DNA of 63,621 nucleotides from Promethearchaeota archaeon (GCA_048939245.1 JBHLPR010000009.1:1-63621); one strand, 5' to 3'. Counted from the first letter of the stretch, positions 18,546-29,289 are shown. Notes: generated by a model from the letters alone, not told the origin. Program-made: numbers and translations.

Positions 18546-19487
18546 TTATTTTGCGTTCTGTTTGTAGCGTTGTCGGATTTTTGGTATGGTGTGTGTGGCA
18601 ATTGTTTCAAACTTGGGGATTTGGTCGTCGACGAAGGGGTATCCGAGGATGATTGTGGTGATGCCGGCGTGGATACATTTGTCTACAGCGTTCTGGAAGG
18701 CTTCGGCGGAATCATAGATTGAAATTGATCCGAGATTTCGGAGCTCGACTGGATCACAGAGGATATAGGAGCGGCGGATGGTGTGGGGGTCACGTCCGAT
18801 GGTGTTGCAGTGGACGTCGATTTGTTGGTTTCTTCGAGTCAATTCTGCAATGGCGCCATCTGTGATACCACCAATGCAGTTCCACATATCTGCGTAGCGT
18901 GCGGTGAGTTTGAGCATACGGGGGCCGTAGGCACCGATAGTGATGGGTGGGCGGGGCTGCTGGATAGGGCGCGGGTGCATCTGGGCCTTCTCGATATGGT
19001 AGTATTGGCCAGGGTAGGTGGTAGTGGGCTGACAGAGTAGGGCATCAACGATTTCGAGGTATTCGCGGAATCGTTCAAATCGTTCCTTGCGGGGCCAGGG
19101 GTCAAGCCCGGTCATTTTGATGCCGATATCGGTGGAACTCCCGGTGCCAAGGCCGAGTTCTAATCGTCCCTTGGAGAGATGGTCGACGGTCAGGGCTTGG
19201 CGGGCGAGCCAAGCAGGGTTGCGCCAGGTGATGGCGGTGACTAGGGTACCGATGCGAATGCGCGAAGTCTGGGCGGCCATGGCGGCAAGGGTGGTCCAGG
19301 CTTCAAAGAAGGGCATATCGGCATAAGCGGGATAGGGAACGGTGAAATGATCGGCAACCCAGAGACTTTCGAACCCAGCGGATTCAATGAATTTCCAACG
19401 ATTCACCAGCGTGTCCCACGGGGCGTTTTGGGTGGTGATTACACCGAAGGTAAGCGGATGAGAGGTTTGCGTCATAAAACCAGCCAA
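18546..19487 (-). CDS. LLM-class (luciferase-like) flavin/F420-dependent oxidoreductase
   Basis: WVADH, EAWTTLAA, RIGTLVT, GRLELGLG, PPITIG. Confidence 0.92.
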   Translation of the reverse strand: MAGFMTQTSHPLTFGVITTQNAPWDTLVNRWKFIESAGFESLWVADHFTVPYPAYADMPFFEAWTTLAAMAAQTSRIRIGTLVTAITWRNPAWLARQALTVDHLSKGRLELGLGTGSSTDIGIKMTGLDPWPRKERFERFREYLEIVDALLCQPTTTYPGQYYHIEKAQMHPRPIQQPRPPITIGAYGPRMLKLTARYADMWNCIGGITDGAIAELTRRNQQIDVHCNTIGRDPHTIRRSYILCDPVELRNLGSISIYDSAEAFQNAVDKCIHAGITTIILGYPFVDDQIPKFETIATHTIPKIRQRYKQNAK

Positions 19488-19518
19488 AGATATTATGAAC
19501 GCTTCGTATTTTAATCAT

Positions 19519-19578
19519 GAGAGACCGGTTTTTCACGGAATTATGTACAAGTCATCCAGAATTCGAAGACCTATTTGA
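19519..19578 (+). repeat. Polar intergenic repeat copy 11 (no hairpin)
   Basis: GAGAGACCGGTTTTTC 19519, ATTAT, TCGAAGACCTATTTG 19563. Confidence 0.75.
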
Positions 19579-19720
19579 AATGTTTACACCTTTAGAGAAT
19601 CAGTTTACCGCTGCTTTTATTCCAAGAATAATGTATTCCCAGTGAGAGTGAGTACTAACCCTCAGACCTTCAAACAGCATGAAGCATATATAGGGACCTC
19701 AAGTCTAGACCATCGGACCA

Positions 19721-22519
19721 GTGATGGGCATGAGTAAAAAATCTCCACCAGAAGGGTTCCTTGACTATTCGGAATGTCTAGTGAGCCTCGGTACGGACCC
19801 AGAAGGGCTGAAACCTGAAGAGGCGAAACAGAAGCTCTTGGAATACGGACGTAACGAACTCACAATGAAGGAGGGGCAGAGTCCCGTTTCGCTCTTTCTC
19901 CGTCAGTTCAAGTCGCCTCTGGTGTATGTTCTCATTCTTGCAGCTGTTGTTTCAATTCTAGTATACCATGCAATAGATGCAGTGGTCATTGCAATCATTC
20001 TCTTGATCAATGCGACTATAGGCTTTGTCCAAGAGTGGAAGGCAGAAAGAACTATCGAATCCATCAAGAAGCTTATAGAACAGAGGTCTCTCGTCATTCG
20101 CGGTGGAGAGGAGACCGAGATCCCCTCCGCCGAGTTGGTGCCTGGAGATCTGCTTCTTCTCAGAGCTGGAGAGAAGGTCCCAGCCGACGGAAGGGTGCTA
20201 TTCGAGAGCAACCTGCATGTCGATGAGAGTCTTCTCACTGGGGAGAGTGTACCAATCAAAAAAGATGTGTTCTGTGCGGTTGAGAATCCTCACTACTATG
20301 AGGAGTCCAACAAGGTCTTCGCCGGCTCGTATGTCACAGAAGGACGCGCCCGTATTCTGGTGCAGACCACAGGCGATAATACCACTTTGGGCGAAATCAA
20401 CAAGGAGCTCGCGGGTGTCGCTAAGAAAGAACCAACCATTATGATTCGATTAAAGCGATTGAGCATCTTCTTTCTTGTTGCAGCAATGCTCTTTTTGGTG
20501 CTCACTGTTGTCTTGGGGCTCTATCGGAACATACCCGTTGTGGAGCTCTTTCTGTTCTCACTATCTGCACTTGTATCTGCGATTCCTGAGGGACTCATCG
20601 CCATTGTCACCATAGTGCTCTCTGTTGGAGTCTACACGCTCTCACAAAAGAATGTCATTGTGAGAAACTTGGGTGTTGTAGAAACACTAGGTCTAGTCAA
20701 CGTCATTTGCTCAGATAAGACCGGAACCCTTACGAAAAACCAAATGATGACCCGTAGGATATTCACTCCGAACCATATGTTCGAGGTAAGTGGCTCAGGA
20801 TTTGATGTTGAAAGCGGAGGGGTCTTCCTTGCAGGCTGCGGTCCAGAAGGATGCCTGCGTTCGCCTGACCTCGATGTGAGCCTGTCGTCTCCAGAAGATC
20901 GAATCGAGGGGGATCAGCTCAAGGAATACCCCGACCTGGAAAGGCTTCTGACGATGATGGCGCTTTGTAACGACTCAGAAGTCTATTCCGAGTGTCTCAC
21001 AGAAGACGACCCAACGCGAGTCTGCACCGGAGCTGATCGGGCATGGAGGATACGAGGGGCACCTACCGAGGCAGCGCTACTGGTGGCGCTGGAGAAGGTC
21101 GGTCTTCACAAGTATGTGCTCGAGGAGGCCTGGCCACGGATTTCTGAGATTCCTTTTAGCAGCGAGAGGAAATTCATGGCTACGCTTCATCAGCCCAGCA
21201 GACTTCTGGGTGTAGAAGGAGATGAAAATCTGGTCATAGTGAAAGGAGCCCCAGAGGTCATAGAGAAGTTACTTGTGGGCCCCTCTAATACAGAAGAGAT
21301 TGTGACGGAGTTCGCTTCACAAGGGCTCAGAATGTTAGCTTGCGCGGTCAGAACTGTGCCCTCTGATAAGACCCAGATCGCTAACGGGGACCTCCGAGAT
21401 ATGACATTTGTTGGGCTCTGTGGAATCAACGACCCACCGAGGGAAGGAGTCCGTGACTATATCGAGAAAGCAAACAGTGCAGGCATTGATGTCATCATGA
21501 TAACTGGTGACAATGCCTTTACAGCCAAGGCAATTGGGCAAGAAGTGAGCATCTTTGTTGAGGAGAGAGGAGACCTGACACTCACTGGTGATGAGATAGA
21601 TGCTATGGATGACCAGCAGCTTCAGGATGCACTGACTCATGGTGCCACAGTCCTCTCCAGAACGAGCCCAATCCACAAGCTTAGGGTTGTGAAAGCATTA
21701 CAGAGCCTCGACAAGCTCGTCAGCATGACAGGCGATGGCGTGAATGACAGCCCAGCCCTAAGACAAGCTAACGTTGGTATAGCCATGGGCGTCACAGGGA
21801 CTGACATCGCCAAGGAGGCCTCCGATATCGTCCTGCAGGATGAGCGCTTTGAGGCAGTGGTCGATGGCATTGAAGAGGGCAGAAACATCCTGACCTCGCT
21901 CCGGCGTGTTGTTCTCTTTCTGACATCGACGAATCTGGCCGAGAGCTTCGCTATCCTTGCAGTACTCCTGCTCTTCACGAATCCCGTTCTTCTGCTGCCA
22001 ATTCAGATTCTTTGGGTCAATCTCGTTACTGATGGTATGCTAGACATTGCACTCTCTCTCGAGCCAAAAGAGAAGGGTCTCTTGGATGAAAGGCCAGGCT
22101 CCTTGAAGGATCGAATCCTCTCTTGGGAAACCCTCAGCAGAGCGCTCTTCTATGGTGGCATCATGGCATCCTTAGTTGTCATCATCTACTATCAGAATCT
22201 TAGCCTGCCAGAGGACAAGATTAGGACAATGATGTTCATTACTCTCATCGTGGTCCAGTGGTTCAGCGTCCAGAATTGCAGATCCCCCACTAAGTCAATC
22301 CGAGAGATGGGAATCCTTCGGAATCGATACATACTCGTCGTCTATCTCATCGACATCACACTGGTCGGAATCCTCTTTGTGGTCCCGGCGCTAGCAGCCG
22401 TCTTCAGACTTGTGCCGCTTGCTTGGTATGAATGGATAGAAGTGTTCCTATTCGGAGCTTTGGTTATCCTCCTTGAAGAAGCAAGGAAGTTCGTGGCAAA
22501 GAGGCTGCGCAAGGACTAG
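19721..22519 (+). CDS. Cation-transporting P2-type ATPase (Ca2+/Na+-like)
   Basis: TGES, IPEGL, DKTGT, KGAPE, TGDN, GDGVND, ILWVNLVTDG. Confidence 0.94.
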   Translation: MMGMSKKSPPEGFLDYSECLVSLGTDPEGLKPEEAKQKLLEYGRNELTMKEGQSPVSLFLRQFKSPLVYVLILAAVVSILVYHAIDAVVIAIILLINATIGFVQEWKAERTIESIKKLIEQRSLVIRGGEETEIPSAELVPGDLLLLRAGEKVPADGRVLFESNLHVDESLLTGESVPIKKDVFCAVENPHYYEESNKVFAGSYVTEGRARILVQTTGDNTTLGEINKELAGVAKKEPTIMIRLKRLSIFFLVAAMLFLVLTVVLGLYRNIPVVELFLFSLSALVSAIPEGLIAIVTIVLSVGVYTLSQKNVIVRNLGVVETLGLVNVICSDKTGTLTKNQMMTRRIFTPNHMFEVSGSGFDVESGGVFLAGCGPEGCLRSPDLDVSLSSPEDRIEGDQLKEYPDLERLLTMMALCNDSEVYSECLTEDDPTRVCTGADRAWRIRGAPTEAALLVALEKVGLHKYVLEEAWPRISEIPFSSERKFMATLHQPSRLLGVEGDENLVIVKGAPEVIEKLLVGPSNTEEIVTEFASQGLRMLACAVRTVPSDKTQIANGDLRDMTFVGLCGINDPPREGVRDYIEKANSAGIDVIMITGDNAFTAKAIGQEVSIFVEERGDLTLTGDEIDAMDDQQLQDALTHGATVLSRTSPIHKLRVVKALQSLDKLVSMTGDGVNDSPALRQANVGIAMGVTGTDIAKEASDIVLQDERFEAVVDGIEEGRNILTSLRRVVLFLTSTNLAESFAILAVLLLFTNPVLLLPIQILWVNLVTDGMLDIALSLEPKEKGLLDERPGSLKDRILSWETLSRALFYGGIMASLVVIIYYQNLSLPEDKIRTMMFITLIVVQWFSVQNCRSPTKSIREMGILRNRYILVVYLIDITLVGILFVVPALAAVFRLVPLAWYEWIEVFLFGALVILLEEARKFVAKRLRKD

Positions 22520-22542
22520 AGCGGAGCCTTCCGGGAGGCGTA

Positions 22543-22600
22543 AGGAATTCGGTTTATCAATGCATTATGTGTCATCCCACTAGGTATCGAAGACATATGA
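22543..22600 (+). repeat. Polar intergenic repeat copy 12 (no hairpin)
   Basis: CGGTTT, ATTATGTGTCA, TCGAAGACATATG 22587. Confidence 0.75.
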
Positions 22601-22673
22601 TTCTCTTTAATGAGAGAGTTGGTTTGAGAAGATTGATATATGTCCCGTTACCACCCAATCCCTGAAAGGCCTG

Positions 22674-23261
22674 TTGATGGTTTCAGTTGCGAAGATGGCG
22701 ATGGAATTGTCATTAGCGGTAAATCAATTTGTAGTAGCTCAAATAGATACAGAGGGGTTTCCGGTCTGGATTGTGCACCTGCTGATCTGGGGATGTTTAG
22801 TGGGACTAATTGTGGGTATCATCATCGGTTTGACGCTGTGGGCTCAGGGACGGAGGATTCGAAAGCGGGCGGGAGAGGCAGGTGTTGAAGCACCGTTACC
22901 CGAGAGTACGCGTGATCTGCGACCGTTTGGCATTCATGAGGGGTGGTGGGTGCTTATTGGAGCCATTTTTATTGGTGTAATCTGGGTGGTGGGGCCATTC
23001 ATTCAGGTGACAGTTCCAGAGTTAGCAATAGCTATTGGTGCGTTCTCGATTCTCACGGGTGTGGTGTGGTTTTTCATTTTCTATGGAGTCGTGTACCTTA
23101 TCCATGAGTACCGAAAACGTGAACGGCTATTACAGGAAGCAATTCAACAGAGGGATGTGACGGCTTCCACACCGAAGAAAACCAGGCAATGTCTGGCGTG
23201 TGGTGCGATGTTGGGTGAAGATGAGCAGTTTTGTGGTCATTGTGGGGCTGCCTCAAAATAG
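22674..23261 (+). CDS. Membrane protein with C-terminal zinc ribbon
   Basis: Three TM segments; CLACG...FCGHCG. Confidence 0.8.
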   Translation: MMVSVAKMAMELSLAVNQFVVAQIDTEGFPVWIVHLLIWGCLVGLIVGIIIGLTLWAQGRRIRKRAGEAGVEAPLPESTRDLRPFGIHEGWWVLIGAIFIGVIWVVGPFIQVTVPELAIAIGAFSILTGVVWFFIFYGVVYLIHEYRKRERLLQEAIQQRDVTASTPKKTRQCLACGAMLGEDEQFCGHCGAASK

Positions 23262-23269
23262 CGGGTGGT

Positions 23270-23338
23270 ATTTGTTTTAATACTGCCTGTCGAAGTCATA
23301 AATGCTGTTTCTTACTACCGAAATGAAAGATGTTTTTT
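23270..23338 (+). repeat. Polar intergenic repeat copy 13 (degenerate; between convergent genes)
   Basis: TCGAAGTCATAAATGC 23290, TGAAAGATG 34 bp later. Confidence 0.7.
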
Positions 23339-23343
23339 AACAC

Positions 23344-24345
23344 TCATATTTTTGAAACAATGTGATCCTTTAGAATACGAATCGTATCTAATCCTATTTG
23401 TCGAACATTCCCCACGAAAGGTAGACCGATATTGAAAACGTCTACATGATCTTTGTATTGACGTAGTCTTTCAACGACTCTCTCCGGTGGTCCCGCTAGA
23501 TCCTGCTTACAACCTGCCTCGAGAGCCTTCTTCTTAAAGTCCTCTGTGTATACCCCTTGAAGCCATTCCTGCCTTATCACATCGCGTTTTCTATTTTCAA
23601 AATCATCAGCATCCTCACCGAGGACGGCTACCATGAATCCTGTAGACCAGCCTAAGTCCTCAAAGTTGCGACCAATCTTTTCGCACATGACTCTCACGCG
23701 TTCCTTCTTTTGTGCATAGTCAGCGACTGTTCCTTTGATATAATCCACTCCGTCTGCATATCTCGCAGCTGTTTCTTCCATCATCGGTGCCTTGAGAGTT
23801 TCAGTCCCTACCCAAATGGGAATACGAGGACTTTGAACTGGTTTAGGGAGGAACATCGTTTCCTTGATGCTGTAGAACTTGCCTTCAAAACTCGGTCGTT
23901 CTGCGGTCCATAGCAGATTGATAATTTGGAGTGCCTCTCGCAATTGGAGAATTCTGGTCTTTGTAGAAGGATACGGATATCCGTAGGCTTCGTACTCTTG
24001 CTTCTTCCACCCGGCTCCGATATCAAGGGTGATTCTACCATTGGACGCGTTGTCTAGGTTAGCTACTATCTTTGCAAGAAGCGCTGGATTCCTATAGGAT
24101 TGACAAGTGACCTGAGTTCCAAGGCGAATCCTATCTGTCTGTGGAGTGAGTAATGCAAGGGTTGTCCAAGCTTCATAGCATTGATTCTCTCTGCCTCCAA
24201 TCGATCCAAAGAAATGATCTGATACGGTGAACCGATAAAATCCTGCATCTTCAGCTGCTTTTGCTAGGGTGACGAGGTCATCGTATGCATACCCTACATG
24301 AGGTTCGATACTAATGCTAATTTTCATTTGAATCACCAAGTGCAA
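23344..24345 (-). CDS. LLM-class flavin/F420-dependent oxidoreductase
   Basis: SDHF, EAWTTLA, YRNPALLAK, GAGW, PKPVQ. Confidence 0.92.
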   Translation of the reverse strand: MHLVIQMKISISIEPHVGYAYDDLVTLAKAAEDAGFYRFTVSDHFFGSIGGRENQCYEAWTTLALLTPQTDRIRLGTQVTCQSYRNPALLAKIVANLDNASNGRITLDIGAGWKKQEYEAYGYPYPSTKTRILQLREALQIINLLWTAERPSFEGKFYSIKETMFLPKPVQSPRIPIWVGTETLKAPMMEETAARYADGVDYIKGTVADYAQKKERVRVMCEKIGRNFEDLGWSTGFMVAVLGEDADDFENRKRDVIRQEWLQGVYTEDFKKKALEAGCKQDLAGPPERVVERLRQYKDHVDVFNIGLPFVGNVRQIGLDTIRILKDHIVSKI

Positions 24346-24363
24346 CCTTTGGATTAACAGTAT

Positions 24364-24467
24364 TGAAATCTAATGTTCTTCGAAGATTTTTGCTATTTAA
24401 CTTAAGTTCGAAGACTTAAGTGCAAAACCTAGTCAATGGCATGAAAGACGTTTTATTTCTCACCATT
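24364..24467 (+). repeat. Polar intergenic repeat copy 14
   Basis: TCGAAGACTTAAGTGC 24408, AATGGCATGAAA-GACGTTTTA-TTTCTCACCATT 24435-24467. Confidence 0.85.
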
Positions 24468-24556
24468 AAGTCGAATCAAGGCGACGGATTGCACCTATGG
24501 AGAATTAATCCACAGCTGCTTTTATTGAACCGAGTTCTCTCCTCCTTCGGTGATAG

Positions 24557-25327
24557 ATGGTGAATAACAGCATCTGTATCAAAACCGAAGGGTTGACCAA
24601 AACCTTTGGACCTGTTCAGGCGGTCAAAGAGCTCGATTTAGAAGTGAAATCGGGTAGTCGGTTTGGCTTTTTAGGTCCAAATGGAGCCGGGAAGACCACA
24701 ACGGTTCGTATTCTTTCAGGACTTTTAAAACAGACGAGTGGCACTGGCACGGTCTGTGGATATGACGTATCGACCCAGCGTACTTCGATTAAGGCTGTGA
24801 CAGGCCTTCTGCCCGAAACGCCTGGCCTCTACTCCAAGCTTTCTGCTGTGGAATTCCTCGAGTTTATTGGAGCATTGAATGGTCGCAATGGAGACTCGCT
24901 TCATAAGCGGATTGACCGCCTTCTTGCTATTCTGGGACTGGAAGGGCGCCAAGATGATTTACTCGAGTCATATTCGTCTGGGATGAAGCAGAAGGTTCTC
25001 ATGGCTTCGACGTTACTGCATGATCCGCAACTCGTGTTTTTAGATGAACCGACATCACGTCTCGACCCCGCGGCTTCAGCTCTAGTAAAGGAGTTGATAC
25101 TCATTCTAGCCGAGGAAACTGAAACGAGCTTTTTCATCTGCACGCACATTACCAGCTTCGCTGAGGACGTGTGTGATGTGATTGGTATTATCAATGAAGG
25201 GCAATTAGTGATCGTTGATTCGCCCCAACAAATCATTGAATCAACAAAAACAAGAGATCTTGAAGAAGCATATCTCAAAATCATTGGTGGCAAGGTCGAC
25301 CGCCAAACCTTACTTACATGGAGGTAG
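24557..25327 (+). CDS. ABC-2-type transporter ATP-binding protein
   Basis: GPNGAGKT, YSSGMKQK, FLDEPT. Confidence 0.92.
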   Translation: MVNNSICIKTEGLTKTFGPVQAVKELDLEVKSGSRFGFLGPNGAGKTTTVRILSGLLKQTSGTGTVCGYDVSTQRTSIKAVTGLLPETPGLYSKLSAVEFLEFIGALNGRNGDSLHKRIDRLLAILGLEGRQDDLLESYSSGMKQKVLMASTLLHDPQLVFLDEPTSRLDPAASALVKELILILAEETETSFFICTHITSFAEDVCDVIGIINEGQLVIVDSPQQIIESTKTRDLEEAYLKIIGGKVDRQTLLTWR

Positions 25328-27018
25328 CAGAGATGGTGCGCAAATGGCTTCAGATCGCTAAGGCGGAATTCTTCGTCTTAACTGCAAGATTCAAAGGTCA
25401 CCGGAACCTCTTCCTGGGCCTAGTACTCAGCCTTGGATTGCTCTGGGCAGTTTATTTTGCCCCTTTGGTAGTGGGGATCGTGATGGAGGTCCTTATGCCT
25501 ATAACTCCGATTCGTGTAATACTCCAAGTCATGTTTCCGGGGCTGATGCGGGCAGTGATGCTATTACTTTGGATGTTCCTCCTTATCCTCCCCTTGAGTC
25601 AGGCACTAGCAGAGATTAAGATTGGACAATGGGAGATTCTCCTTGCTAGTAATGTCAAAACCCGTGATATCCTTATTGGAACCTTTCTTGGAAAGATACC
25701 GAACTATACGTTGTATGTCCTTGTTTTGGCACCACTCTTACTCTCGCCTTTTCTACTTGCCCTGCAGGTCTCGCTTCTAGGGCAGCTACTAATTTATACA
25801 ACCCTTACACTGATGATTCTGACAATTGTTTGGCTGTCCAACATCATTTGTGCAGCTCTTCAAGCAAAACTAGGTGATTCCTCACGCGGTAACGATATCG
25901 CCAAAGCCCTCGCCCTGCTAATGGGTTTGATAGCGATTATTCCAGTACTGGGTCTACAGCTCTTCGCCACGCAGTTCTCCGTGATCTTAGGGCTAAACAT
26001 CTTCTTGGTGTTCCCTTTCACCTGGAGCGCTGACCTCGTTAGCTGGCTTGCTATCACCTTCAATGGTATTAACCTTACAGCTTCACAAATAGCGCACTTT
26101 CAGAATGTCCTGCAATTCGATTTGTTAACAAATGGGCTACTCGTAGTGGTTTTCGGTGTGGTGTGTATTGGTATTGGTCTCCTATCCGCTGAACGTCTCT
26201 TTACATACAGGATAGGGGCGCGAAGCGAAACGGTGAAAACTGTAAAGCGTGAAAACATCCTTCTACGGGGTCTCCGAAAAATCATTCCTAGCTCCTTCGG
26301 GGCCCTAGTAGTGACCAGTTTCAAGACCTTCTTCCGACAAGTTCAGAACCTCTCTAAAATCGCGATAGCACTTACCCTATCAGTAATCCTGCCGTTTCTT
26401 GTGATTCTTGTATACGGACACTATTCTCCGATAACATTAGACTCTCTTCTACCAATAACGGGTTTGGGCCTGGCAATGATGGGCATCATGGCTTTTTCTG
26501 GCTCTTCGTTTCTCGAAAGTAAGGATCAGCTTTGGATGATCCAAGCAGTTCCACGGGGGACGTCACGGTTTGTTAAGGCTCGACTGGTAATAGCATTCCT
26601 CATTGCCTTACCAATCAGTCTTATTCCCACAATGATATTAACCATCACGATGGGATTGGAGTTATTCCAATTCTTCTGGCTTTTTGGGTATGGCTACGCC
26701 ATGGTGTGCGGCGCAGCATTGTTTGGCACAGGAATCACAGCCTTGAATCCGAACTATGAGGACATGAAATCACCAATACATGCTAAGAATATGATGATAG
26801 CAAATATGACCTGCTTATTCGTTACTATGGCCAGTCCCTTGATCTTCAGTATCATCATAAGGTTCTTCATCGGCGTCTCCCTTGATACTCTTCTTGTGAC
26901 AATGGGTTTCTTGAGTGCCGCAGTCGGTCGAACAATAATCACAACAGCATTTCTGCTGGTACTCGGTACACTACTTGTGTTGGTAGGAACTCGAAGGCTC
27001 GGTCGACCTGATACTTAA
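25318..27018 (+). CDS. ABC exporter permease, multi-TM (likely start 25333)
   Basis: More than 12 hydrophobic segments; coupled to the ATPase gene. Confidence 0.8.
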   Translation: MEVAEMVRKWLQIAKAEFFVLTARFKGHRNLFLGLVLSLGLLWAVYFAPLVVGIVMEVLMPITPIRVILQVMFPGLMRAVMLLLWMFLLILPLSQALAEIKIGQWEILLASNVKTRDILIGTFLGKIPNYTLYVLVLAPLLLSPFLLALQVSLLGQLLIYTTLTLMILTIVWLSNIICAALQAKLGDSSRGNDIAKALALLMGLIAIIPVLGLQLFATQFSVILGLNIFLVFPFTWSADLVSWLAITFNGINLTASQIAHFQNVLQFDLLTNGLLVVVFGVVCIGIGLLSAERLFTYRIGARSETVKTVKRENILLRGLRKIIPSSFGALVVTSFKTFFRQVQNLSKIAIALTLSVILPFLVILVYGHYSPITLDSLLPITGLGLAMMGIMAFSGSSFLESKDQLWMIQAVPRGTSRFVKARLVIAFLIALPISLIPTMILTITMGLELFQFFWLFGYGYAMVCGAALFGTGITALNPNYEDMKSPIHAKNMMIANMTCLFVTMASPLIFSIIIRFFIGVSLDTLLVTMGFLSAAVGRTIITTAFLLVLGTLLVLVGTRRLGRPDT

Positions 27019-27184
27019 TTAGAATAAGGAGAAACAAAGTAACTTTATACAAGCAGCAACTCCTGTAGACGCTGAACTAGCCACCAACTTTCATACTGGT
27101 TCATTGTCTTCAGGGGTATACTGGTCAATGACTGAAATGGATTTCAGAATAAAGCTGATGGTTGATGGAAGGTGAACGCGTGGA

Positions 27185-27916
27185 TTGAAACAGGCGGAAT
27201 TCAGTGCAAACGGTGTACTGAGTAGTCAGAGAGAGCTGTTACCACGGTTGTATCAGAGCCACCGCCTTTTCGTAATTAACTTCTTTGCCTCGCTATTGAT
27301 GGTTCCTCTCTGGTTTCTCTGGGTAGTCTTCTTCGCAGCAGTGATTGCGGAATCTTTTCAGTGGTTTCTCCTAATAACTGCGCCAATGTGGATTGGAATA
27401 CCACTTACTGTTTTTATTTTTGGATATTGGGGGAAGGCATTTTTTGTTTATATGCGATCTGCAAAACGCTTCTTGGATGATGCAAAAGTGGATTTCAATG
27501 CCTCAAGGACTGCTGAAGATTTCACTACGTATATGAATCTCCTTTTTCCAGTTCTTCTCCCTACTATAACATCGACGCCCAATTCTGCTCAGCAAGAACA
27601 AGAGCGAGTCCACAATATAATTCGAAACCTGAAGATGGCCCCGATCATAGAAGGAGCGATCCTTGGAATCATTATCTTTAGTTTTGCCAGTTTCTTCATC
27701 AGACACCCGTATATTATCCCCAGCCTTCTTCTTACACCAATTATTCCATTTCTCTGGTTCAACTTTGCTATTATGGTGATTCGACTTGGAATTTTCCTTA
27801 GGTGGCGACAATATGTTAGCCGCTGGCTGAATCTTTATGAAAGCCTCACCACTTGGCAGGCAAATCTTGAGTTAACAATCCAGCAAAACGCGAACAGTAC
27901 CCAGAGGGATGCTTGA
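27185..27916 (+). CDS. Four-TM membrane protein
   Basis: Hydrophobic hairpins; GGTGA SD before TTG. Confidence 0.7.
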   Translation: MKQAEFSANGVLSSQRELLPRLYQSHRLFVINFFASLLMVPLWFLWVVFFAAVIAESFQWFLLITAPMWIGIPLTVFIFGYWGKAFFVYMRSAKRFLDDAKVDFNASRTAEDFTTYMNLLFPVLLPTITSTPNSAQQEQERVHNIIRNLKMAPIIEGAILGIIIFSFASFFIRHPYIIPSLLLTPIIPFLWFNFAIMVIRLGIFLRWRQYVSRWLNLYESLTTWQANLELTIQQNANSTQRDA

Positions 27917-28362
27917 TGCCGATAACACCAGATTCCTCTGATAGAACCAGTTATAGGGCAACTCGTCGAGGGAAATTCGAGATATGGTCAGCATTATTAG
28001 AAGCGTGTCTTCGAACCCCGCGAACGCAAAGTTGGCTCATGCGCAAAGTTGGTCTCAACACAGCGGCCGCTAAAGAAGCATTGAGTAGTCTCACAAGGGG
28101 AGAGCTTCTTGAGCAGGTAAGTGAGCCCACCGTGGGTATTTTTGAATTTAAGACCACTGAGAAAGGAAAAGCGGCTCTAGCCCAATATTACCAACTAATC
28201 ACATCCTTCTTCGGAACCAGACACAGAAGCCGAGTGAAGCAATATATGATCGTCTTGCTTTTCGCCCTCTCCTCTTGCTTTGTCTATGGGCAAATCGTTT
28301 TTCAACAAGTGCACAGTTTCCTTGCAGGGGGGACTCGAATAATATGCCTATCCGAAAATTAA
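27913..28362 (+). CDS. Archaeal winged-helix regulator (ArnR1-like)
   Basis: RRGKFEIW..LL...LMRKVGLN...TTEKG pattern. Confidence 0.7.
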   Translation: MMPITPDSSDRTSYRATRRGKFEIWSALLEACLRTPRTQSWLMRKVGLNTAAAKEALSSLTRGELLEQVSEPTVGIFEFKTTEKGKAALAQYYQLITSFFGTRHRSRVKQYMIVLLFALSSCFVYGQIVFQQVHSFLAGGTRIICLSEN

Positions 28363-28523
28363 ATTTGCGTGTATTCTTTTGAATTGCTGTAGACTATTCA
28401 ATCACATATTGTATAATATGTATATATTTGCGAAAGGCTTTTACGGCACAACGTGCGGATGATGGCGTCGTTCAAGCTGATGTTCGATTGCCCAAAGGCC
28501 GAAACGATACCTGGTGAAAATGA

Positions 28524-28952
28524 GTGCATACTTCCAAACATATTATTGAAGTCGCAAGAAAAAAAGTGGTTTCAGGAAAGCCAGATGACCCCCTATCAAT
28601 GATAGCCAAGAGTATGGTAGACAATTGGATTAGCAGTATTGTAATCGTAGAGAGAGGAAAACCGGTGGGAATTGTAACCGATGGGATCATATTTAGACTA
28701 ATTGCTAAAAATCGGAACCCGTTGACACTGTCGGCCAAGGATGTTATGGCGCACCCGGTTCAGACAATCCCTGAAGATGCTGGATTAGAAGAAGCGGAAA
28801 AGGCTCTTTTGAAATCTAAAGTAAGCCGATTAGTTATTGTTGATGAAAAGGGGCAAGTTAAAGGTATTGTTAGTAAAAAGGATGTTAATCGTTTTGAGGC
28901 ATATTCGTTTGCTGAAAAGCTTCTCCACCATCGACATGAAGTATTAGACTGA
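28524..28952 (+). CDS. Tandem CBS-domain protein
   Basis: KPVGIVTD and VKGIVSKKD CBS motifs. Confidence 0.88.
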   Translation: MHTSKHIIEVARKKVVSGKPDDPLSMIAKSMVDNWISSIVIVERGKPVGIVTDGIIFRLIAKNRNPLTLSAKDVMAHPVQTIPEDAGLEEAEKALLKSKVSRLVIVDEKGQVKGIVSKKDVNRFEAYSFAEKLLHHRHEVLD

Positions 28953-29043
28953 TTTCAGATTCACTAACAAATATTCATCCTGCTATCAGTTTCCAAACCA
29001 CATGGTAACTCTAATTGGGGTTTGATACTCGCTAACATTAGTT

Positions 29044-29289
29044 CTATGGCAATTCACTATTTCGTATTGAAATTCCAATTATACAAATGACAAGACCAAT
29101 AATTAATATTCCAATAGGTGGGAAAACGTCGATAATTAGTCCTGGGTGTACGGTTTCGAGTATTTGTTTCTGGATTATACCAATAACCCAGAATATGACA
29201 CCAAAAAAGATGATAAGGATTCCTGAGGCAACGAGTATTCTGGTATAGCGTTGGCTTTTTTTTAAGATATTATCTGGATTACCATCCAT
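29044..29289 (-). CDS. Small two-TM protein
   Basis: Two hydrophobic helices; GGAG SD. Confidence 0.65.
   Translation of the reverse strand: MDGNPDNILKKSQRYTRILVASGILIIFFGVIFWVIGIIQKQILETVHPGLIIDVFPPIGILIIGLVICIIGISIRNSELP

Noticed and set aside
27128-27184. In-frame upstream ATG with TGA read-through into the 27185 ORF
   Set aside because: The TGA is part of a GGTGA Shine-Dalgarno motif suitably spaced before the TTG start.
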